Source: Podarcis muralis
Taxonomy: Eukaryota
Length of the DNA stretch: 64,000 nt
Assembly: GCF_964188315.1 (NCBI RefSeq)
Contig: NC_135657.1
Span: 66,402,001 to 66,466,000 of the forward strand
Direction of reading: 5' to 3'
A model generated the notes under the pieces. It saw only the letters and a list, made by a program, of their open reading frames with translations, was not told the DNA's origin and ran no database searches. Below are positions 1 to 12,745 of this stretch, piece by piece. Within the stretch, counting starts at the first letter, position 1. Each line of letters starts with the position of its first letter. A program made the position numbers and the translations under genes.

Positions 1-3000
1 CCGCCAGCCTCAAACAATGATCACAGGTGACTGCAGCAGTAAACCACCGATATCTGGAGCACCACAGCTTCCTCATCCCTGCTATATATGTTTCCTGCAG
101 GAAACCCCCATTGCAGCATTAGTGTAGGTGGTGCAAACATGACTGCTAGATATTGTATGAACAAAGAAGCTCTGAGGGAATGTTTGGAGACTGCCAAGCC
201 TAAACATTGTCTTGGCACCATATCTGAAAGCAATGACCCTGTGGATTCTTAATGATTTTTGAAAATAATTACCATCCTCATTTGGATATCTGTACTGGAA
301 CTAAAGAGGATTGAAATATCTTGCATTTAGACAAGTTTTAAATTTACTCTAATCATGAAGGTTTTATACAGATATGGGTGGGGGTTGACCAAAAGCACCA
401 ATATCTAGGCGTAAAAGTGTTCATCCCCAAATGGACATGGATGGTTTTCATAATGCATATAACATGCATATAAAAAGCGTCCTGTGGCAGAACAAAAAGT
501 ATAAATATAAACATAATTTATAATAATTATACTCAGTAATTTGTACACAAAGTTCTCTCTCTGTGTGTCTCATGTGTTTGTGTGTGTGTCCACACACAGA
601 ATACCTCAACAGGTCTTTGAATGGGTTCTGCAACTCAAAAATAGAACTAAATACTGGATAGAACAAAGCTCCTTCAGCTTGTTTTTATTCACAGAAATAA
701 ATGTAGATATATAGCTCTTTGAAAACTATGTCGTTTTTCAAAGCAGCAGTTGTTAAACGGAGGATGCTGACAGGTTAACATGCCCTTATATAAACTACAT
801 CATATATATGTCACACACAGAAAAACCCTCTTGTAGGAATCATAACATTTGAACGCAGAGTCTAAGAGCTGAAAGCTTAGACTGGGTCCACAAGATATTA
901 GTAAATAAATAATACGGTCATTAAATAATTCTTCTGTTACACTTACATAAAGGTTTCCTTCAGTGCTACTCTCCTACACAAAGCAATAAAAATTATTGAG
1001 GCTTTTTGTCATCATAATGTGAGTGAAAGCAAAAGAAAATCCATCATTCCTATGGAGGAAAAAGAGGGATTTATTGTGTCCTTCATGGCCATGTTTCGAG
1101 GTGAATGGATATTGGAGGGAAACAATAAAATGCTGAGTTGTTGTCCAACCATCTATGTTTAACAGCACCAACAAATAAATATATTCTCAGAAAAAGAAGC
1201 AGTGGGGTACAGGATTGTAGCCGAAGACTTTTACCTGGAAGCAAGCCCAACTGAATATAGAAGGCCTTACTTATGAGTAGGTATGCATAAGGTTGTACTC
1301 TAAAACAACAAGCAAGTACTTAAGAATTGTGTCCAGTGCTGAACATGCATAGTTCTCTTTGCACAACAGGACTCTCTCTTTCTCTCCTCTCTCTGTGTGC
1401 CCCCAAAACAGGTTCTGAAGGGTCTGCCTACGCTCTGGAGAAGATTTTGAGAGGAAAGGAAATGCAGGGGAGAGGGACGACAGGAAGTTCTGTTGTACAA
1501 GCCGAGGTCTGTTGAGCAAGTGCAACTGTAGCATTGGATACAACCCTTAGCTATTTTCTCAACAATGAAATCTTATTTCCAGGTGTCACCTAATCTATGC
1601 ATATTTCCTGGATTCTGTTGCTACCACTACATTTCTGCTCAGCTTCTTAAGCACTGAAGTCACAGCTCTACAAAGTCATTTCCCTGCTACAGATTTATAT
1701 AATTTCTGCTCCACCAAGTCCATCTGCAATCTATTCGACTGGCTAATTTGCAACCACCCCCCACCATGTAATTGTAGTAGGGTTGCCAACAGGCCAGAAA
1801 ACAATTCAGTGTACCTGTCCTCCTCCTCCCCATTTCCTGAAAAGCAGAAGAGGAAAATAGCAATAAAACCCCAATAGTGCATTGTCTGATTGCCGCATAG
1901 TTTCTGACAGCAGGCCAAGCCCCCATCTATAAACCCTAACAGAACAAATTGAATGTTGCCGTCCTTCGTATTTTTCAAAGAAAATCAAACCAAACTTTGA
2001 AACCTATCACTCATTTTCTCCAGATTCCAGTTTTTCTTTTTAGAAATCAATATGCCTGAACGTTGCCTTTTAGGTCAAAGCTACAACAATTCTGACCTGC
2101 TTGCTTGCTTGATTTGGAGGAACTAAAAAAAAAATCATTTCCTTCCCTACAATTGGTTACAAACTTTACTGTCAATTGAGAGAGGTCTCTGTGTGGTGCC
2201 TCCAGAGCAGCAAATCCAATTGTGGAAAGTTCATTAGGTGACTCTTTTTCTTCAGATGGCTAAGAAAATCCAACCAAAATCTGCTCTAGAACCAACATGA
2301 AGCCTAATTTGATCAGTCATTTAGCAGTCAGGAAAGAGCAGGGGGTTGTTTGAATGGCAGATTACTTTTAAAAATTGTCTATTTTCAAGTTTTCTAATGT
2401 ATCTTAAGAACCTACTGGCTGCCCTTTGGAAACATTATGAGTTAGAAAGAAAGAAAAGAAATGGAGCAATTTTGTTCACATAGTTCACAACTATTCGCCT
2501 CCTGCTTTAAGCATCTAAGATCTGTGTTTATTCTCCTGTACCACAATTTAGTGCATGTTTGCATACTAACTGATCAAGGCTCACCATGGTAACTGTCAGC
2601 TTAAGTGAGGAACTGCTTGGCATCCAAGTATACAGAGAACTATGCTGATAACTGACAATATTTCCAGCATTACTCTGACATGATTTTCGTTGCAACTCAA
2701 CATTACCTTAGACCAGAACTGCTAATTAGCCTGGCTTGAATAACAGCCGTTAATGTCATCAGCATGGTTTTTTATGCCATTACAGGAGAACAAGCCATAG
2801 TAATTAATTGCTCATTGACAAGAGTGATGATTACTTCCCTTTCTATTCAATAGACTTGAAAAGAAATGGGAGTTCATGGATGGATGTGTTTGATGATAGG
2901 TTGTCACTGGACAAAGATAAAGATGCAGGAACCCTTTTCAAAATTATATACCTTATCATATCAAAACCAAGCAAGTAAAAGCAATGAAGGTTTACCTTAG

Positions 3001-3878
3001 ACAAACATGAATACAAATTGAATAGCTGAGATAAAATACAGATTCTTTCCCATTGCCTATGCCAGCCTTTTACAAAATCATTTTGGGGAATAGATAGAAC
3101 TATATTTACACAAAAAAAGGCTCAAAATGTAGAGAAAGCTGCTGTAAGTGCAAACTCAGACAGCCCTTCCTTGTCCCTCTCAGGCATGAACAATACATTC
3201 TCCCATCTGTCAGCATACAAATGAAGAGCTGCAGTATTGTACCACTGTGCCTACTTTGGTTTTGGTTTTTAATCTGATGCAGCAGATCCCAGAAAGGACT
3301 TCACCAAATGACAACACTGGAAAGCTTAGCTTCTTAAAAACAAACTTGCTCTATTTTTCTAATACATTTTCTGTGACTCAAATTTAAATTGCAGCTTTAG
3401 CATTTCTCTAGTTTCGCTGTAAGATACTTCCAAAGAGATGGAATAATAATAATTTTAAAAAGAACTTCTGGCATTTGCCTTCTGCCTTTGTGTAACATTA
3501 AATTTGCCCTTAAAGAGAGCAAGTTCCCCCCCCCCAACATGTGTTTCCAAACAAAGATGTAAAAAACAATGATTCTGTCTAGAGAGTCCACCCACGATCA
3601 ATTTATAACACCTAGAACATCCCCTATTTTCCCTTCCCTCATTTGAAGTGATTTTTTTTTTAAAGTAGTCCTATCACATGATTTATTTACACATCCACAA
3701 CATGCAATTCTATGCATGTTTGCTCAGAAGAAAATCCCATTGTGTTCAGTTAGGATTGCTCCCTTAGAAGGATGGCAACCAGAACTGGATATCCTTCTCC
3801 CTCCCCCTCCTTTTACTTTGCCTCAAATAGTTAAATATCACCGTGACACAGACATGTTAATTATGTGGCACTCTGACT

Positions 3879-4857
3879 NNNNNNNNNNNNNNNNNNNNNN
3901 NNNNNNNNNNNNNNNNNNNNNNNNNNNNNNNNNNNNNNNNNNNNNNNNNNNNNNNNNNNNNNNNNNNNNNNNNNNNNNNNNNNNNNNNNNNNNNNNNNNN
4001 NNNNNNNNNNNNNNNNNNNNNNNNNNNNNNNNNNNNNNNNNNNNNNNNNNNNNNNNNNNNNNNNNNNNNNNNNNNNNNNNNNNNNNNNNNNNNNNNNNNN
4101 NNNNNNNNNNNNNNNNNNNNNNNNNNNNNNNNNNNNNNNNNNNNNNNNNNNNNNNNNNNNNNNNNNNNNNNNNNNNNNNNNNNNNNNNNNNNNNNNNNNN
4201 NNNNNNNNNNNNNNNNNNNNNNNNNNNNNNNNNNNNNNNNNNNNNNNNNNNNNNNNNNNNNNNNNNNNNNNNNNNNNNNNNNNNNNNNNNNNNNNNNNNN
4301 NNNNNNNNNNNNNNNNNNNNNNNNNNNNNNNNNNNNNNNNNNNNNNNNNNNNNNNNNNNNNNNNNNNNNNNNNNNNNNNNNNNNNNNNNNNNNNNNNNNN
4401 NNNNNNNNNNNNNNNNNNNNNNNNNNNNNNNNNNNNNNNNNNNNNNNNNNNNNNNNNNNNNNNNNNNNNNNNNNNNNNNNNNNNNNNNNNNNNNNNNNNN
4501 NNNNNNNNNNNNNNNNNNNNNNNNNNNNNNNNNNNNNNNNNNNNNNNNNNNNNNNNNNNNNNNNNNNNNNNNNNNNNNNNNNNNNNNNNNNNNNNNNNNN
4601 NNNNNNNNNNNNNNNNNNNNNNNNNNNNNNNNNNNNNNNNNNNNNNNNNNNNNNNNNNNNNNNNNNNNNNNNNNNNNNNNNNNNNNNNNNNNNNNNNNNN
4701 NNNNNNNNNNNNNNNNNNNNNNNNNNNNNNNNNNNNNNNNNNNNNNNNNNNNNNNNNNNNNNNNNNNNNNNNNNNNNNNNNNNNNNNNNNNNNNNNNNNN
4801 NNNNNNNNNNNNNNNNNNNNNNNNNNNNNNNNNNNNNNNNNNNNNNNNNNNNNNNNN
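3879..4857. other. Assembly gap (979 N) inside a CLVS2 intron
   Basis: Run of N. The ORFs 3716..4912 and 3861..4892 are artefacts of it. Confidence 0.99.
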
Positions 4858-5359
4858 CCTTTTACTACACTGCTACCTTCACAGAAATCCATTCAGTGTG
4901 TTGACCTCCTAGCTCATCTCTAGCCTTTGATTCTGTGACATAATGTGAGCGACAAGCCAGTAAGCTCAGCAAAACCAGTTGAAGGAGAAAGAGAGAGAGC
5001 ACAGAACAGGCCTGGCTGCCCCCTTGTCCCAGCCATCCATGAACCAAAGCATCATGCTGAATGCTATTCTCTAAGGAGGCTTTCAAATATCAAACTTATC
5101 TGGACAACATAATGGCGGGAAAGCAGGTGTCAGGGGTGAGGGGGAAGTATAAATGAATCTCGTCAAGATGCAGAGAGGTACCTGGGAATCAGTATGATGC
5201 TAGACAATTCTCAAATAACCCATCAGTCCCTGGGAATATAACTACTAAATACTGGCCCTGCGGGAGATGCCAAGCACTCAGCACTGAGAGAGAGGAGAAG
5301 TGGGGATAAGTTATTATGCTTGTATGCAGGAAAGGGGAATATGGAAGCAGATCAGGGAT

Positions 5360-5690
5360 GATGGGGAACTTCAGGCCCAGGGGCCAAATGTGGCCCTCCA
5401 AGCCTCTCTGTCTGGCCCTTGGGATTCTCTCCAGGCCACACCCTTGTTCCCATGCCACACCCCTTACTGGCTATGCTTTTGTATCCTCTTTGAGTGCCCT
5501 GTTTTCTGCAGCTGGAACACTTCTTGCTCGCCTGGTTGCAGGATAGGGAGGGGTGTGCAAGTGTGTGAAGAAACAAAAATCACATTCCCATTTGTTGCCC
5601 CTGGCCCTGCCCACCACTGGCATGTGGCCCCCGGAAGGTTGCATGGAAGGGAATGTGGCCCTTGGGCTGAAAAAGGTTCCTGAGAACTGG
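5360..5690. mobile_element. Degraded non-autonomous hAT-like DNA element
   Basis: Ends resemble hAT MITE subtermini (gggaacttcaggcccaggggccaaatgtggccc ... tggcccttgggctgaaaaaggttcc). Boundaries approximate; no TSD confirmed. Confidence 0.4.
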
Positions 5691-6067
5691 AAGAAAATTC
5701 TAGTATTCCCGGTAGCTAGGGTGTTGGAAGTGTGAGGCAGGGGGGAACAGGGATCATGGTGTCAAGTCCCTGTTCTTCACTCGGTTATACTGACAACACG
5801 AAGCGCCATGACACACAGAGCTTCTCCTATGCGTGTGAAATTATGGACGTGTTAATTAACATCACAATATTTTCATGCAAGGAAGAGCTGTATGTTCTTA
5901 AAAGGATCCCTATTAAGTAATTTTTGCTTTAATTAATTAGCAGACTTCCTTGGAAATGCTCAGCGATGTGTGAAGGCCAATTACATGTAATAACATAAAA
6001 AGGGGAAAGGAAACAGGGACAGATTTTTAAACACTAGGCTTGTTAGCCGTTGGGTGCATTAATAATA

Positions 6068-6293
6068 CAGTGGTACCTCGGGTTAAAAACTTAATTCGTT
6101 CCAGAGGTCCGTTCTTAACCCGAAACCATTCTTAACCTGAGGCGCACTTTCGCTAATGGGGCCTCCCGCTGCCAGCATACTGCCGGCGCGCGATTTCTAT
6201 TCTCATCCTGGGGCAAAGTTTGCAACCCGAGGTAACTACTTCCGGGTTAGTGGAGTTTGTAACCTGAAGCGTTTGTAACCTGAGGTACCACTG
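6068..6293. mobile_element. Tc1/mariner (Tigger-like) MITE, family 1
   Basis: TIR CAGTGGTACCTC / GAGGTACCACTG with TA on both sides; same internal sequence as six other copies in the window. Confidence 0.9.
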
Positions 6294-9200
6294 TACAAAC
6301 AAGAAGACCTCCTTCACTAATCCCTGAAAGTCACGGGAGCTGGGCAAGAGGGGACTTGGGAGCCCAATCCTGTGTAACGACCACTGCGACAATGTGGAAC
6401 TCCTCAACATCAGATCTGTCTGGCTTCATTGTCCCCTGCTCAGGCAGCAGTAAGTGCTTAAGACTTTTACACTATTTGAAAACTATTTGCTACAAACAAA
6501 CAAGCTCCAGTGTGATTTTTGTTTCAACAGTAGAGCCGCCACACTTTCAATCCAGGTTACCTACAAAGTTTCAATACAATTTGATATACTTTTCTTTCTT
6601 TTTTTTTGCAAAAGCACTGCTTCAGAGTCTTGTGGTAGGTTTTTACATGAAAATGCACTTTATTATAATCCCTATGATGCAGAAGGAGACACAATGAATG
6701 AGTTTTCCCATACTGACTCAACTCTACAAGCTCCATAGCACTGAGCATAGCGTAAGCCCAACATTCGACCTCTTGCATCTATTTATGTTGACTTCTCACC
6801 TTGCCCAGCACTGGTATAAGACAGCCTAGAAGAAAATGTGGCCCTCAGTCTTCACCTCTGACCAACATGCCTGTTGTTTTTGAGAGAACAGGGTTCAAAT
6901 CCCCATATTTCTTTATCACAACACTCAGAATCTGGCTTTCTATGCAGCTCGACTACCAAAATTGATCAGATTAATGGCACTGCTTACCATTCTACACCAA
7001 GAGCAAGATTTTTCTGAGCTAAGCAATGAAAATGAAGAACCATGAAACAAGAAGCTGTCCTTCAAAGAAGAGCACCAAACTCTACCATTTCACTTGTATT
7101 AAATTATTTTTCAACTCATGAACTGTTTCTGGAATTCAAATGTCATCCGTACAACGTAATCAGGTAGAGGTGGACCAAATATTGCCTAATGACATCCAGA
7201 GGGAAATCATGCATGTGGGTCCAGAAAGTGAGACAAGACAAAAGGGCATCCTGGAGGACTCACATCCATGTATTTATCCCTTATCTCTCACACACAACCA
7301 AGGTGCTTCTGTACCTTGCAGGAAAAAAGGTCACCAAAGAATCACTCAGTATGCATTCCAACCATTTTTTGGAATAACAGTTCAATCCTCATGTGCACAA
7401 TCAGAAGTCCTCAACGGACCTCACTTCCAGGTTAGTGGGGTTAGAACTGCAGCTTAAGGAGCTATTGTAGACTGCTCTCCACCCAACACCATCTGGTCAC
7501 TGCTGAACAAGGACTGGCAATGTGGTGACCTCCAGATGGACTCCAACTCCCATCAGCCCCAGCCAATATGGACAACAATCAGAGATAATGGGAGTTGTAG
7601 TGCAACGTCTGGAGTACAAAATGTTGGCTATCTTTAAGCAGGCTGATTTGGTATACAGGTGTACTTAGTGTTAAACAGCCTGTGCTAGTCTATTGGAGTC
7701 GCCCATCCACCCATCTCTATGTCTTTTTTCTTTTTCTGTAAAAGCAATTAATTTACTAGAGTGCTAGGTTTTTTTTCTTCCTCAGCTGCCATGTGATCTC
7801 GGCAAAGTCTTGTAAGCCAAAGCAAATACAATCCCACTGATTAAATAGCGTAGCTGTTTATCAAGACAGCAAGTACGCCGTGTGTACTTATTGGTTACGC
7901 TCCTTTTTCAGTACCTCCCATCTGTACTTTTCTAACCTGCTCTGTAACTCAGATAGACCAGTTTCTGATGTGCACATCACATGGCAAGAAAAGGAAAGGA
8001 ACCAGTTTATAAATGTTCTTTTTTTCTGACTGTCACCTGAAGGTTTTCATTCAGATTCAGCAAGTGGCCTCCCAACACAACACTTGAGCGCATTCAGGGC
8101 AGTCATCATGAGTCCTGAATGGCTCCTTAAAATGTTTTGGTGGGTGCTGCTGAATTAATATTGCAGTGTACAAAAATGCTTTAACACTGATAAATAGGAA
8201 CATAAACAAACAGATGATTTGTAGAACAACTGACGGCCCCCAAGCCAAATTCCAATGTATCTCAAGGAAGTATAATACCCCCAAACAAATCCACATGTGA
8301 GGTGTCAGGAGAAGGGCACTGAAGGCTGCAGTCCTATAGCCACTTATCTGGAAGCAAGCCACAGTAAACACAATGGGACTAACTTCTTCTGAGTAGACAT
8401 GTAATGGATTGCTCTATAATTAAGTCTACCTCCTTAGATTAGTTTTTGTTTGAAAAACCTGTGGGATGTCTTTATCCACTCCAAGGGTGGGCATTTTCAA
8501 GGGAAGAGTAACCACAGCTCATGTGGAATGGAAGAGGAAAACAACATACATAAGAGGCAGATTTAAGTTCCAACTGAACATTTCCATTGTTTCCATGCTG
8601 CTCCTTTTGGTCTTCTGGTTGTTTCCGGAACACTATTTCCTTTCTGATTTTCTCACAATGTCATTTAAACTTATGGGCTCGGGTGATTTTGTTTCAATGT
8701 GTCTGTGGCATCATCATGTCAGAATACTATGGTGATGTCACATGGCTTACCACCACCAACCAGATTAAACAACCGGGTGGGCAAACAGGGCAAAATACAG
8801 TAGCCCCCTTCAGGCATTCTAGCTCACTCATGCAGTGACACAGGAGCAGGAACAGGCCAAGTAGTATCTCCCTCCTAATATCATGTGTTCTGGGAAAGCC
8901 CTCTCCCAACATCTGTGCAAACAGTGAGAACATCTGTAGATGTTTGTACATCCAGCTGTATGCACGGGGGGCACTTTCCCCACAGACATCTACTCTCTCT
9001 GTGTGGATGCCAGCAGACTGGCTTCTCAGTTTGCATCATGTTAGAGGCAGGGCTACTGAGTGCAGCTCTGCTCCTATGTTCTTCTATGCAGAAGCTAGAA
9101 GACCTGAAGAATGTGCTATAATGGGCACATTCCTGCACAGAAGCAGGAAAATGGTGCCCAGAAGAACAAATAAGTGTGTCTAAAGTTTCCAGAAATGGAA

Positions 9201-10667
9201 AGTGACTTTCTGCACTCAGGGATGAGGGTAAGAAATGAGTCATTTTTGCCCCAGCCCTAAAGAAATGTTCATTTCCTCAACCAACCTGGCATTTATCTAA
9301 CAGTCTTGTGTCAAGTCCAGGGACATGTGAATCCATTTCATTAGCCTGATATATATTGGGTGTAGAATCGACATGGGAAAGTAGCTTTAGATCATAACTC
9401 TACAGAAGAACGATGAAAATTCTGGCAGGCCCTGCTAAAATTGACTGCAATATCAGAGCGCATAAAAGCTCATAGAGATGGTTGCTCATTTGCTTTATAG
9501 GAGTCATAAAAACATTTCAGAGCTTGAAATGTAAGGGAATGAAAGCATTTCCTCGAGTAAAAGCAGAACCGACTGCAGTAAGAAATGAGGCAAAAAACCT
9601 CAATATTTGGATATAAAAATTCAGTTCCCTCTTAGATAAACATTTGCTTTAATGAAGATAGTTTTGCATTTATTAAATACAACATAAAGCACTTATGTAC
9701 CATGATTCAATGATTTAACATTGCAAGAGAAGCACTTTAACCTATAGATAACTTTAATCAAGTATGTAGTTAATGGCTAAGAAAAAGCTCACAGCAACCT
9801 CCATTAAGCATTAAGGTATCAGCAAACTCTCAGGGTTGAATCACACAACCATTTACTGCATAGTGGCCTCTGAAAACATTGTGCTGTGGTGCCTCTAACC
9901 ACACTAATGAACTCATTTTCTGTTGCCCTCAGGCCAAGAATCACCCCACTCCTAAACATGGTAGAAAATTGAGAGAACTGGGTGTGTGGTGACAGCCAGT
10001 TTACTGTATAGCCTGAAACTACAAACAATAAGCTCTCCATGTGGTTTGTGAACTACTGAGGCCACCTCAGAACTCTATCCTGAGGACATGAAGATATGTT
10101 TTAGCCAATCTAGACATTACTTTCACCACAGCGGTCAATGTCCCAGTAGCAAATTTCCTACCTCCCAAATAAATGCTGTGAAGCATTTATTCACCACATG
10201 AAACAGGGCCACTGTGCATTACTCAAGGCCATGGTGGCAGCTGGCAGGGCTGTGCAATACACACACACACTCAACTCATGTGCTGAGCAATGCTTAGAAA
10301 CAGACAAGGTGGGAAGTTTGCATAGGAATGACATTTTGCATACTGAAAGTAAGATCTTCACTATCTCAGAAATGCATCTCCATAGTCCTGCGGTGGCCAA
10401 AGTGTGGCTAGTGTAAAATTAATTCTGCAATCATTCATACAAGCATGGATATCCAGTTATGTGTTCTGTCTCTCTCCTCACAACACACCAGAAACCTAAT
10501 ATAGCACATCTATTACATTATAAGTTTGTTGGGGGGGTTAATTTCAGTTTTCTTACATGTGATACATAGCAACTAGTACAACCAACTTATTCTGTGTTAT
10601 TAGAAAAGATATCAGTGAAAAAACATGAGTTACAGAAGGAAGAGGCCAAAATGCCATCTACTCCACC

Positions 10668-10910
10668 CACTGGCAGAAGAACAGGGGTGCGGGGGGAGCG
10701 CACCGCCTCCGGTGGAACAATCCTGGTGAGGGGCCATCGTGGCTGGCCTCTCCCCCGCGCTGGGCACCACACCCCCACAGGCGGCACGCCACGCCCCCAG
10801 GACATGCGCTACGCCCCTGCAGGTGGCATGCCACACCCCTAGGATGCACGCCAGCCATGCCCCCACCTGTTCTCTGCCCCACCCCGCCGGAGCTTGAAGC
10901 TCCGCCACTG
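10668..10910. mobile_element. GC-rich hAT-type MITE
   Basis: Imperfect TIR CACTGGCAGAAG / GCTCCGCCACTG and a perfect 8-bp TSD ACTCCACC (10660-10667 and 10911-10918). Confidence 0.85.
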
Positions 10911-11461
10911 ACTCCACCTCCCTGCATTTAGATGCTCTTCCCCACCCACAAGAGGTCAGCTGCTGCAATCCAGACTAGTGTGTGCCCCAGGCGAAGGTGA
11001 GACAGACACAACACAGAGGGACGACTCCAAACAAGTTCATAGGGAATGAACTTATACTCCACATTTGGGAATCCCAAAGTTAATACCACTATTGAAGAGG
11101 AACTTGCTTTGGCTGGACAACACACAACATCCATCAGGAATCCAACTCTGCCTCCTTTGGGAGTTTTTGTTACTTCTCTTCCCTCAATAATAATTTAGAG
11201 CTGATTGATTTGAGGCAACCATCAAATATGAGACTCAGTTTCTCAGCCGTAAAATAAACAACCACTTGATTATTCTTCAGTTAGGTCACAAACTGAGAGA
11301 AATGAATATACATCCTAACATTTCAATTACTGGATTGTTTGAATTTATATTCTTCTTGTTCTGTTTTTAGCATGGAACCACACCAACTGGGGGCAGGGGG
11401 TTGCGGTGAGGAGGAGGGAAGATTAGGAGATATACGAGTAATGCTTTAAAAAAGTTTTTAC

Positions 11462-11636
11462 CTGAAGGCCTTCTATGGCTAATCGAAGCATACTTGGTGT
11501 CAGTTTAGAAGCCTGTTTGAAAGTGAAGTTGCTCCAGTCTATAATCAAAACAAATCCATTTACTTGAAGTTCAGGATCCTCAATCATGGCTTCTAAGGAA
11601 AGAAGTATGGCACGCAAAATATCCACCAGTGTGTAC
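11462..11636 (-). CDS. CLVS2: Clavesin-2, second coding exon (175 nt; (R)[17 protein letters not shown]...LAIEGLQ), CRAL-TRIO domain
   Basis: Translation matches clavesin-2 as recalled. Acceptor ...gcag at 11638-11637 and donor GTAAAA at 11461. Phase joins the previous exon (AG+G = Arg). Confidence 0.96.
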
Positions 11637-12252
11637 CTGCCAACAAAGACAAGATCGTATTAAGCTAACTAACAATATTCCGATGCTAGAAGAAAAGATA
11701 TTATTTGCAATCTGCTGTCAAAGTATCCATTTTGCACATGATAAAGTATGGCAATCACAGCTTCACTATACGTGGTCAGATAAATACACAAACCTTTAAG
11801 ATTGGGGTGACACTGCAACACAGCAATATTTGTATGAAACATGAAACTATGTGGCTGAGTCTCAATGAGTCCGAGTGAAGGGTCAGGTTTGTATACTCCC
11901 ACCCCCCTTCTTAGTTTATAGTTTCAGTTTTAAAGAGTCTGATCTTAGTCTTACTTGGCTTGCAACAAACTTTGCCTAGCTTAATAATAGCCCAAGCTTT
12001 GAAGTTGGCTTCTTGTAAACTGGCTAGAATATACTGTATTTTAAATTAGGATTCCTGGCTGGTACATAACACTAAGGCAAGAATTTTTGAATATGAAACT
12101 AAACTTAGCATAATTCCTTACTCCAGTTTCAGAGGAGGCAGAGGGGGAAGGGAGGGGAGAGTCTGCAAGCCCAGCACTTTGTTCAGGCTCATTGAGCCTC
12201 ATCCACACAGGAAGGTGTTTACACCTAGTCAGACCATTGGCCTAGCTTAGTA

Positions 12253-12486
12253 CAGTGGTACCTCAGGTTAAGTACTTAATTCGTTCCGTTCTTAACCTGA
12301 AACTGTTCTTAACCTGAAGCACCACTGTAGCTAATGGGGCCTCCTGCTGCTGCTGCACCACTGCTGCACGATTTCTGTTCCAGTCCTGAAGCAAAGTTCT
12401 TAACCTGAGGTAATATTTCTGGGTTAGCAGACTCTGTAACCTGAAGCGTATGTAACCTGAAGCATATGTAACCCAAGGTACCACTG
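12253..12486. mobile_element. Tc1/mariner (Tigger-like) MITE, family 1
   Basis: CAGTGGTACC TIRs and TA TSD. Confidence 0.9.
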
Positions 12487-12614
12487 TACTAGGTTCAAGG
12501 GTCTGGAAACCAGGGCCCCCCGGATGCAATGGGACTTCGCTCCCATCAGCCACAGCCAGCTGGCCAACTATCAGGGTGCAAACAATATCCAGAGGTTTCC
12601 CATCCCTTTCTCGT

Positions 12615-12745
12615 CCATACTGACTGGCAGTGGCTCTCAAGGATTTGGGGAAGGAATCTTTCCCAACCTACTTGGAGATGCCAGGGATTGAATCTGGAAT
12701 TATTTGCATGCAGAGTGTATGCGCTACCACTGAGCTATGTTCCTT
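12615..12745 (-). mobile_element. tRNA-derived SINE (Squam3-like), 5' part
   Basis: Reverse complement reads ...tagctcagtggtagcgcatacactctgcatgcaaataattccagattcaatccctggcatctcc, with pol III A/B-box-like motifs; similar to 23970-24158. Confidence 0.7.

Noticed and set aside
43-252. 70-codon stop-free plus-strand frame
   Set aside because: Short, no recognisable homology, and no convincing splice signals.
3716-4912. 398-aa and 343-aa ORFs
   Set aside because: Artefacts of translating through the N gap.
7140-7457. 105-aa ORF; the minus strand contains FFPAR, reminiscent of the next CLVS2 exon (DSFPARFGG)
   Set aside because: The similarity is limited to a few residues, with no continuation or splice sites; the next CLVS2 exon is outside the window or in the gap.
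9104-9150. CTGAAGA followed by two hairpins (AATGTGC/GCACATT and TTCCTGC/GCAGGAA), hammerhead-like at first sight
   Set aside because: No GAAA directly after stem II and no stem I or III geometry.
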